Virus record (IMG/VR): IMGVR_UViG_3300029305_011788
Coordinates: 1-64,000 of that record
Origin: a virus
Lineage: Duplodnaviria > Caudoviricetes
Strand: one strand, 5' to 3'
DNA length: 64,000 bases
A model generated the notes under the pieces. The model ran no database searches, was not told where the DNA came from, and was given only the letters and a program-made list of their open reading frames with translations. Each line of letters opens with the position of its first letter. The first letter of the stretch is position 1. Positions 28,914 to 36,529 of the stretch are shown here, in pieces. The position numbers were made by a program, and so were the translations under genes.

Positions 28914-28964
28914 TTGAATTCCTCCTATGTAGTTGGTGGTGTGCCGCCCGAAGGCGGCAGGCTG

Positions 28965-29228
28965 CTATTCTTCGGTTCGTTCGGTGTGGCTGAGGATCTC
29001 TGCGGCGCTGCCCGACTCTGCGTATCCGCAGTCCCAGATGGCGAGGAGCATCTCCTCGTCGGTTTCGGGAACCTTGATGCTGTAGGTGATCTTCCGTGCC
29101 CGAATGTCGATCAGCATCTTGGTGGTGATCTCAAGGAAGTCGGCGGGGATCTCTCTGGTCGTGCCGTCCTTTGCGATCAGGCGGACTCCGTGGCGGCGAA
29201 GGCTTTCAATATGTTCTTGGCTGGTCAT
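28965..29228 (-). CDS. Array cargo: hypothetical 87 aa
   Basis: Follows repeat promoter 8. Confidence 0.65.
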   Translation of the reverse strand: MTSQEHIESLRRHGVRLIAKDGTTREIPADFLEITTKMLIDIRARKITYSIKVPETDEEMLLAIWDCGYAESGSAAEILSHTERTEE

Positions 29229-29513
29229 GTTCAGGACTCCTTTGCGTTATTTTCCCTTGCGGTAGTGACATATTAACTCTTTTCGGGGCTGATTGCAAGC
29301 GGCTAAATGTACAGATCATGATGGGCGATTTTTCGGCAGTCATTGTTCAATTTATGCCTTGCCCACATTTGCGCCGTGTCGCGCTGTGTGGCGCGGTTGA
29401 CTGAGATGGGATAACCGTTCGGAGGATACCCCTTCCGCCCCACACGGGGCGACGTGGGCGCTGTGTGTGCGCCCGTGCCGTTCCGCTTTGCATCCGCCCC
29501 GCAGGGCAGGCCG

Positions 29514-30458
29514 TTAAGGCCTGCCGAAGCGGAATGCGTTGTCGCCAGTCAGGTTTTCAGTTAAAACCGTTCTGGCAGTCTCGAACTCGGCTCCGATAAA
29601 GCCCATTCTCATCAGCCAAGTCCGCATTGCGAACTTTTTGTTTTCCTTCTGCTGTTCCTTGGGGCTTGCGCTTCTGAGGTCCTTTGCCATCTGGCTCATT
29701 GCGAGGCAAAGCTGAATGTAGCTCTTGAGCTTGCCTGCGTGGAGTCCGTTCTGCTTGCCGTTGGAAGGCGGTGCGAACTGGAAAAGTCTGAACTCGACCG
29801 TGCCTTTTGTGAAGGTCGCGTGCAGGTTGAGCATGTGGTATCGGCTGCCGTTGTAGTGGTGCGTTCTGCCGCTGCTGTAGCCCTGCGAACCGTACCAGAT
29901 GTCCGCAAGCTGTGCCATCGTGCGGGGCTTTCTGCGGTTGAGCTGTTCAAGGAATCGCGGGTCAACCGTTCTGCAATACTGGCTCATTCTGTAGCTGTCA
30001 ACCTTGATTGCCTCGGCGATCAGCGTTTCGTGGCTTGCCATGATGTTCGCAAGGTTTCTGAGGCTCTGCGGTGTGTGTCCCTGTGCGCCGATGTGAATGT
30101 GGACTCCGCATCCTCTTGTGTAGTCGCTCTTTGCGCCTGCCTTGCGGAGTCTTCTCACAAGCTCCTGCAGGGTTTCGATGTCTGCGTAGTGCAGGATCGG
30201 TGTGACCAGTTCGCACTTTTCGCTGTCGGAGCCTGCGATGCTGACATCCTTCTGGAACTTCCACTCGCGTCCCTGTGCGTCCCATGCGCTGTAGGTTTCG
30301 TAGCCGTTGCGGTGGCCTGTGTACTCGGTGCGGTCTGTGCCGAAGAACTCGGCGGCAAGCTGTGCGGCAGCCTTGCGGGTGATGTTGTTCATCTCGATCT
30401 CAACCCCAATGGTCTGCTCCTTCATTCTGTTGATCTGCTGTGCGGTCTTCTCAGTCAT
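29514..30458 (-). CDS. Amidoligase (COOH-NH2 ligase type 2)
   Basis: TIGVEIE, KDVSI, CELVTP, CGVHIHIG, RYHMLN, TVEFRLF motifs. Confidence 0.85.
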   Translation of the reverse strand: MTEKTAQQINRMKEQTIGVEIEMNNITRKAAAQLAAEFFGTDRTEYTGHRNGYETYSAWDAQGREWKFQKDVSIAGSDSEKCELVTPILHYADIETLQELVRRLRKAGAKSDYTRGCGVHIHIGAQGHTPQSLRNLANIMASHETLIAEAIKVDSYRMSQYCRTVDPRFLEQLNRRKPRTMAQLADIWYGSQGYSSGRTHHYNGSRYHMLNLHATFTKGTVEFRLFQFAPPSNGKQNGLHAGKLKSYIQLCLAMSQMAKDLRSASPKEQQKENKKFAMRTWLMRMGFIGAEFETARTVLTENLTGDNAFRFGRP

Positions 30459-30603
30459 TTTTGTATCCTCCGTTTCGGTTTTCGGTGGGCTGTCTGCCCT
30501 TCCGTTGTGTCACATATTACCGTCTTTCGGAGGATATATCAAGCGGCTAAATGTACAGATCATTTCGGTGTATTTTTCCCGTATCTCTGGTACTTTTACA
30601 TAC

Positions 30604-30738
30604 TTGATAAACTTGCAATTCTATGGTAAACTTGGATACGATGGAATAGGTTCTCACATTTTCGGGAGCCCCAGTGCGGTATAAAATCGGCGGTCGGGAA
30701 GGCAGAAATCCAGCCCTGCCATTCCGCCGTTTTTTCTT
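30604..30738 (+). ncRNA. Candidate ~100-nt small RNA with its own promoter and terminator
   Basis: TTGATA-17-TAAACT with TG at 30604-30632; GGTTCTC/GGGAGCC stem; long CGGCGG...CCGCCG stem + T-tract; no ORF beyond M-E-stop. Confidence 0.45.
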
Positions 30739-31208
30739 TATCTATACAGATGCCTTGTGCTTTGCTCGTAGGCTTCGTAGAGGAATTCGGGATCGAATCC
30801 GAATGACCGATAACCTGTCACGCAAGTCCAGAAGTATCGGGGTGTCGGTTCTCCGAGCCGTCGCTTTTCATTCATGATGTACAGAAAGCCGTTTGTCATC
30901 ACCGTCCTGCCGCTTGCAGTGCGGAACACCGGGAGTCTGATCTCCTTTTTATAGTAGCAGACCGGGCAGCCTTCGTAGCGATCGAGCATCTTCTCATGCT
31001 CCGCTGTGACCTCCCAGACCGCGATTGGAACAACGCCGTCCGGCTTCGGCTCGATGGTCAGGTAGAATCCGGTCTTGCTGCCTTTGAAGAGCAGCTCGTA
31101 ACCTTCGAGCAGCGCCGTTCCTACCGGCTTTGCACCGGGGCATCGCATCTGCATCTGTCTGCGGTTGAGGTTGCTCCCGTAGGCGAGGTAGTATCTTTTC
31201 TTGCTCAT
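30738..31208 (-). CDS. Gamma-glutamylcyclotransferase-family protein
   Basis: YLAYGSNL and LDRYEG motifs. Confidence 0.85.
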   Translation of the reverse strand: MSKKRYYLAYGSNLNRRQMQMRCPGAKPVGTALLEGYELLFKGSKTGFYLTIEPKPDGVVPIAVWEVTAEHEKMLDRYEGCPVCYYKKEIRLPVFRTASGRTVMTNGFLYIMNEKRRLGEPTPRYFWTCVTGYRSFGFDPEFLYEAYEQSTRHLYR

Positions 31209-31464
31209 GTGATCTCCTCCGTTCAGGGTATTTGGCGGGCATCCTGCCTTGCCGTTGTGTAGCATATTACCATACCCTGCGGAGGTTATCAAGCGGGTAA
31301 ATGTACAGATCATAACGGGCGATTCCTCGCCGTTTGTTGTGCATATTACGCCTTGCCGTAAAACGCGCCGTGTCGCGCTGTGTGGGGCATAAACCGTAAC
31401 GGAGTAACTGTCGGAGGATACCCGCAAAGCCCCACACAGGCGAGCGTGGCGCATTTGTGCGCGT

Positions 31465-31881
31465 TCAGCGGCCGGACAGAGATTCCTGCCGAGCCTGTTC
31501 GAGAAAGGTCATTTCAAGACCGTTCATTTCATATCCCTCGCGGATGATGCTGTAGTAGCCGGGGCTGGGCGGTCGGACTCCCTTGCTGTTCATAATGTAG
31601 ACCATCGCATCAACGGTCTTGCCGTTCAGCTCGACCTGCACTGTCTCCCTGCGGTAAAGGTGCGGGTAGCCCTCGTAGCGGTCAAGCGGAATCTCATCCG
31701 CAGGCTTGATGTTCCAGAGCAGAACGGGAACGCTGCGGTCGGGATCGGGCTCGATGGTCGCCACGCCGTTGAATACCAGCCGGTAGCCGTAGAGCGTACT
31801 TGTGCCGAGGACTTCGGCTGTGGGGCAGCGCCGCTGCATCTGCCCGATGTGAAGGTTTGAGCCATAGGCTAAGTAGATCAT
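31465..31881 (-). CDS. Gamma-glutamylcyclotransferase-family protein (second paralogue)
   Basis: YLAYGSNL and LDRYEGYP motifs. Confidence 0.85.
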   Translation of the reverse strand: MIYLAYGSNLHIGQMQRRCPTAEVLGTSTLYGYRLVFNGVATIEPDPDRSVPVLLWNIKPADEIPLDRYEGYPHLYRRETVQVELNGKTVDAMVYIMNSKGVRPPSPGYYSIIREGYEMNGLEMTFLEQARQESLSGR

Positions 31882-32120
31882 GATTTTTCCTCCTCGTTGG
31901 TGATGATTGTGAATTCGTCTGCGCCTTCGATCAGGGAAAGCGTTCTGCCGTTGTCCCATTTCATATGGACATTGCCGGCATCGTCAATATAATCAACGGA
32001 ACCGGTCGTTCCGGGCGGAATGGGTGCGTAGGGATCGTCCATGTGATTCAGGCGGATGCGGGTGCCTGCGGGATAACGCTCCCGCAGGGCTTTCAGTTCA
32101 TGTTCATTCGGAAACCGCAT
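31878..32120 (-). CDS. DUF4314-like small protein
   Basis: YPAGTRIRL..MDDP...IPPGT.G.V..IDDAG..H..WDNG..L.LI.G.D. Confidence 0.75.
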   Translation of the reverse strand: MRFPNEHELKALRERYPAGTRIRLNHMDDPYAPIPPGTTGSVDYIDDAGNVHMKWDNGRTLSLIEGADEFTIITNEEEKS

Positions 32121-33096
32121 CGTACTCTTCCTCCTCGGTGGTCTGTGCGGCTGCCTTTGCCGCCTCACGCTTTGCCTTTTGGCGCTCCGTCCATTTTGCC
32201 TTTTCCTCATCGTTGCGGAAAGCGGTATGCCCGGTCAGATGCTCCAGAAGGATGCGGCGGTCGGTCTTGTGGTCTGCGCCGCCGAAGCCGATGCGTACCA
32301 GCCAGACGCGCATTGCGTACTTCTCGTTGCTGTCATCGACATCCTTTGCCTGCACGCGCTTCTGCGTCAGTGCCATGCTGTTCATCGCTGCGGCGAGGTT
32401 CGTGAATGCCTGCACATGGTCGGCATCCGGCGCTTCACCAAAACCGTCAAAGATGAGCTTGTCATCGGCAAATCGGATGCCCTTCAGTTCAGGGTTCGTT
32501 TCTTCCCATTCTCTGATAAAGGCGATCAGCTCGTAAGTGCTGCGGAACTCATGTCCGCCAATCTCATCCACAAGGCTCTTATCGGCGGCGAATGCTCCGC
32601 AGGTCGCCTTGCTGAGAAGTGCGCCCCTTGCGTGGATCATGCAGATGAGGTTCGTGAGGCTCTGCACCGTGTGGTCAGCCAGCGGAAGTGCGACCGTTAC
32701 CGCAATCGGGAAGCCGTCCGTTTCGGTCTCCGGCTCATTGTCATTGGTGACCTCTTCATCGGTGTCCGGCGTATCCTCCTCGGTGTCGGAAATGATGGTC
32801 ACATCAATCTCGACATAGTCCTCTTCGGCTTCCGTTACGGTATCCGTTCCTGCCGGCGGAGTGATTGTCTCGCCGTTGTAGCCTGCATCGGCAAGTCCGT
32901 CCAGCACCTTCTCCACGATCTCGGTGTCGCTGCGGTCGGTGAAGCTGAGGACCGCGTCCTTGCCGAGGGTAAAGATGTCGATCTGGTAGGCGCAGCTCGG
33001 AACGCCGAGGTACTTGACCTCTGCACCGATGATCTCTGCGATTTTCTGTGCCAGTGCCTTGCGCTGGCTCTTTTCGATATTGTACTTGATTTCCAT
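32104..33096 (-). CDS. Conserved phage protein (often labelled 'virulence-related protein'; function unknown)
   Basis: KYLGVPSCAYQI and NEKYAMRVWLVRIGFGG motifs; first gene after repeat promoter 11. Confidence 0.7.
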   Translation of the reverse strand: MEIKYNIEKSQRKALAQKIAEIIGAEVKYLGVPSCAYQIDIFTLGKDAVLSFTDRSDTEIVEKVLDGLADAGYNGETITPPAGTDTVTEAEEDYVEIDVTIISDTEEDTPDTDEEVTNDNEPETETDGFPIAVTVALPLADHTVQSLTNLICMIHARGALLSKATCGAFAADKSLVDEIGGHEFRSTYELIAFIREWEETNPELKGIRFADDKLIFDGFGEAPDADHVQAFTNLAAAMNSMALTQKRVQAKDVDDSNEKYAMRVWLVRIGFGGADHKTDRRILLEHLTGHTAFRNDEEKAKWTERQKAKREAAKAAAQTTEEEEYDAVSE

Positions 33097-33331
33097 AATA
33101 AAACCTCCGTTTTTACTGCCGCCCCTTGCGCCTTGTGCGCTTGGGCTGCGGCGTTTTCGTAGTCACATATTACCGCCTTTTGCCCCGGAATGCAAGACTG
33201 TAAAACGGAGAATGTACGGGGCATATCCGCCCCTGTGATTGTGCATAATACGAGTGTAAAAAAGAAGCCTGCGGCAGAACATCTGATTTAGTATCAGAAC
33301 GTTCACAATTTGCTGCAAGGCTTCTTTATTA

Positions 33332-33670
33332 CTATTTCTTTCTCGGTGCGAAAACCCTGACCGGAACACGCTGTTCCCGGCAGTGGTCGATCACATATTT
33401 TGTACCGCGGGACTGTCCGTCCCAGAATGCGAGAACCACATCGGCATAGGCGATGATCTCCAGATTCCTTTTCAGCGGGGCGCTCCTGCCGAAGCGTTCA
33501 TAATCCGGCAGAAACTCCTTCAGCGGAATGCCGTGTGCCTGTGCATATGCCCGCGCATCCGAATCAATGCCCCTTGCTCCTCCGCTGACGATTTCTGTGA
33601 CATCTTCCGGAAGATACCGTTCAAGGTCATTCACATGAAGTCCCCGTGAGCCAATAATTGCTATTTTCAT
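33332..33670 (-). CDS. SLOG-superfamily (DprA/YspA-like) protein
   Basis: IAIIGSR, IVSGGARGID, APLKRN, FWDGQSRGT motifs. Confidence 0.75.
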   Translation of the reverse strand: MKIAIIGSRGLHVNDLERYLPEDVTEIVSGGARGIDSDARAYAQAHGIPLKEFLPDYERFGRSAPLKRNLEIIAYADVVLAFWDGQSRGTKYVIDHCREQRVPVRVFAPRKK

Positions 33671-33783
33671 ACCGCACAACTCCTGATAGATATATTTTAG
33701 ATACACTTTATATCCATTTCAAACATTATACCACAAAACAGGTCTAAAATAAAGTCATAATATATCTGAAAGGAAGTTATTTT

Positions 33784-33966
33784 ATGGCTATCAAAAGTGT
33801 ATCCATCCGTATCGAACAGGAGATGCTTGATAAACTTCACGTTGTTGCTGACTACGAAGGTCGTTCTGCCAACAGTCAGGTTCTTATCCTGATTCGTGAC
33901 TGTATCGAACAGTACGAGGAAAAGCACGGAAAGATCGAGCTTGGCGGGGATAAGAAATCTGAATGA
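33784..33966 (+). CDS. Arc/ribbon-helix-helix DNA-binding protein
   Basis: SVSIRIEQEMLDKLHVVADYEGRSANSQV; GAAAGGAAG RBS. Confidence 0.8.
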   Translation: MAIKSVSIRIEQEMLDKLHVVADYEGRSANSQVLILIRDCIEQYEEKHGKIELGGDKKSE

Positions 33967-34043
33967 GTGTATCTCTGCGAAATCAAAGTAACGCAGATTC
34001 GGGAGTTTTCGTTTCATCGTTTCAAAACGGGCACGTTATGCGT

Positions 34044-36515
34044 TCACTTTTGTGTATCTCTCTGCGCTGCCCATGCGATGCCGGAAAGCACGAAGTATAC
34101 GACCGGCTCTGAGACACCGTTGCCCCACAGCTTGTACTCCGCTGAATCCGTGTACGGATCAGCCAGCCATTTTCTGATCTGCTTTTCCGTTTTCGGCTTG
34201 CCCTTGGGATTGGTGATTTGCCGCCATGTTTCCCAGACCTCCGTCCAGAAAGCGATCTCCTCATCGGAAGGATCAGTAATTGCAAGGTCGGCACACCACC
34301 AGTCAGGGAATCCCTGTAATCGTGCACATTCAACGGGAGTCAAGCGGCGTACAATATATACCGGCTCGTCATTCGGAAGGTCGTTTACAAGCGGAGGATC
34401 CTTCCTGTCGGAAGCGACAAGCGTGTTTGCTTGTTCATGCGCAGCGACCGTGTGGTGTGAATTCTTGCTTGTGCAGTAATGATCTGCGGGGGCTGCGACT
34501 GTTGCAGTTCCTCTTGCAACAGCCGTAACGGATACATCCTCCGAAACGGCGAAGTGATTGTCGCGGGAGATTGTGAAGGAGGGATCAGGCGCGGCTACGC
34601 AATGGCGATCTGCGGTATTCAACGTGAAACATACATCCTCGTTGATGCCATCACCCTGCGGACCGTTTTGATCGGCACGACCGATCATTGAGCCTTGCAG
34701 AGCGTAGGTCTCCGGCTCAGCTACCACAACAGCCTGCTGATTATCCCCGGCATTTGCACGGAGCGTACCACTTTTGCCGTCACTATATACATGACCGCCG
34801 ATGCGGGATGCCGCCCCCGGTTCGAGAGCGACCACCGCAACTCCTCCATGATTCGAGTCTGGCGATCCCTCGCCGGTATCAAGGCATCGTGAAATCTGCG
34901 TCGGGTAGCAATGCCCACGAGCGTTTTTCGTGCCGTCCGATGTGAAACGCACATCGAATGTTTCCGGCGCAGGTGCTACCACGCAGATGCCGCCCTGATT
35001 CGATGTGACCGAATTTCCGCCGCTTTGGTCGAGTGTCCTGCTTGTGGTCGCTTCATAGAAACCGCTGTGCGGATTGTCCGACATCATCGCATTGGAATGC
35101 TTGCTGCATACACCGAAGGCATGGATATCCGGCTGGAAGAGCGTCTGGTCATTATTCGTACCGAGCGTTGCTGACTTGTCGGTCTGCCAGAGAGCGCCCT
35201 TGCCTCCACCGCTGCACCCCGCCCTTATCTTCAGCGTGACAGGTTCAGCGACAAGTGGCGTATTGTTTCCGCCTGTTCCGGCTCGTCCGCAGAGCGTCTG
35301 AAACACACCGTCGGGATTGATTTTCGCTCTTCCGTCCGTGGGATTATTCTCCACCACAAGCGGCTGATTGTTGCCGCCCATGCCGTAGGTAGCAGTCACA
35401 GGCTGGGCTACTTCCAGAGGTCCTCTGAATCGGCTGTCTTGCCCGTGATTTTCATAAAGTTCCATTGCCGCCGGAACGACACCGGCTCTCAGCGTCGGGG
35501 AGACTTCCTCCTCGTAACCGATGCTCCGAGCCTTTGCGCTGTGTTCGGTTGAGAATCCCGCCGCCTGCAGGACACCGTTTCTGCCGGTTGACATTCCGCA
35601 GTTCACACCGAGCGTTGCTGCGGTATCATCTGTAACCGCAGCATTGTAGCCGTCAATGCCGACCGCATGAAGCACCGCCGGATGATTGCCGTGATCCTGT
35701 GCGACCAGAGCGAGCGCCTTGTCCTCGGTGATGCCGACACCGGAATTGCCCTGCGGATTCAGGCAGAGGGTTCCACCTCCAGCGTCAGACCGCCCGCCTG
35801 TCTCTCCAGCGCTTTCCGCAGCACCTCCGGCAGTTCCTTGCCACGAACGGAAGCCCTGCGGAGTATACCCAGACACGCCTTCGGACTTAAATAGTATTTC
35901 TCCGGCACTTCCGCCAGCAAAATCTGCGACAAGGTAGATTCTTGCTCTGCGCTGGGGGACACCCCAGTATTGAGCGTCGAAAACTCGGTAAGCCACGCTC
36001 CATCCGTTTCCCAGATATACGTCTGATTTTGCCCATCTGTGATTCTCAGGCGCAGGCACCTCGATCCCTTTTTCTTTAACTCCGATAACTGCTTCGAGGA
36101 CAGCTTTGAAATCGTCTCCTCCGTTGGAGGAGAAAGCGCCGGGGACGTTCTCCCAGACGCAGTATCGCGGGTATTGTCCATTTGTTGCATCCCTCATTTC
36201 TTTGATGATGCGAATCGCCTGAAAGAACAGGTTCGACCGATCACCGTCATGGATTCCGGCACGCTTGCCCGCAATGGACAGGTCCTGACACGGGCTGCCG
36301 AAGGTGATGATATCCACCGGCGGAAGCTCCGCACCGTTCAGCGTAGATACATCGCCGTAGTGCTTCACCTGTGGAAGCCGTCTGTGCGTGACAAGTACCG
36401 GAAAAGGTTCAATTTCGCTGCTCCACTTCGGCTCGATCCCTGCGAGGATGCCGCCAAGCGGAAAACCGCCGGAGCCGTCAAACAGGCTGCCGAGCGTCAG
36501 ATGTTTTGTTTTCAT
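34044..36515 (-). CDS. Cytosine-C5 DNA methyltransferase with very long variable region
   Basis: FDGSGG (I), GSPCQ (IV), ENVPG (VI), QRRAR (VIII), RRLTPVECARLQGFP (IX), GNGV (X). Confidence 0.92.
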   Translation of the reverse strand: MKTKHLTLGSLFDGSGGFPLGGILAGIEPKWSSEIEPFPVLVTHRRLPQVKHYGDVSTLNGAELPPVDIITFGSPCQDLSIAGKRAGIHDGDRSNLFFQAIRIIKEMRDATNGQYPRYCVWENVPGAFSSNGGDDFKAVLEAVIGVKEKGIEVPAPENHRWAKSDVYLGNGWSVAYRVFDAQYWGVPQRRARIYLVADFAGGSAGEILFKSEGVSGYTPQGFRSWQGTAGGAAESAGETGGRSDAGGGTLCLNPQGNSGVGITEDKALALVAQDHGNHPAVLHAVGIDGYNAAVTDDTAATLGVNCGMSTGRNGVLQAAGFSTEHSAKARSIGYEEEVSPTLRAGVVPAAMELYENHGQDSRFRGPLEVAQPVTATYGMGGNNQPLVVENNPTDGRAKINPDGVFQTLCGRAGTGGNNTPLVAEPVTLKIRAGCSGGGKGALWQTDKSATLGTNNDQTLFQPDIHAFGVCSKHSNAMMSDNPHSGFYEATTSRTLDQSGGNSVTSNQGGICVVAPAPETFDVRFTSDGTKNARGHCYPTQISRCLDTGEGSPDSNHGGVAVVALEPGAASRIGGHVYSDGKSGTLRANAGDNQQAVVVAEPETYALQGSMIGRADQNGPQGDGINEDVCFTLNTADRHCVAAPDPSFTISRDNHFAVSEDVSVTAVARGTATVAAPADHYCTSKNSHHTVAAHEQANTLVASDRKDPPLVNDLPNDEPVYIVRRLTPVECARLQGFPDWWCADLAITDPSDEEIAFWTEVWETWRQITNPKGKPKTEKQIRKWLADPYTDSAEYKLWGNGVSEPVVYFVLSGIAWAAQRDTQK

Positions 36516-36529
36516 TTATTCCTCCTGAC

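Larger units (their letters stand above)
23300..33260 (-). repeat. Array of 11 repeated promoter-leader units, each heading 1-3 small ORFs
   Basis: Units at ~23615, 24175, 25015, 25995, 27118, 27788, 28482, 29255, 30486, 31235 and 33155. Consensus TTG(A/C)(T/A)A or TGGACT-17 bp-TAATAT (TATAGT in one unit), then usually ACAACGG..GG and a GGAG(G) RBS. Confidence 0.9.

Noticed and set aside
23300-33260. CRISPR array or classical integron
   Set aside because: The repeats are ~100 bp, degenerate and contain promoters, and the intervening DNA is 300-1500 bp of ORFs. There are no cas genes, no tyrosine integrase and no recognisable attC RYYYAAC/GTTRRRY boundaries.
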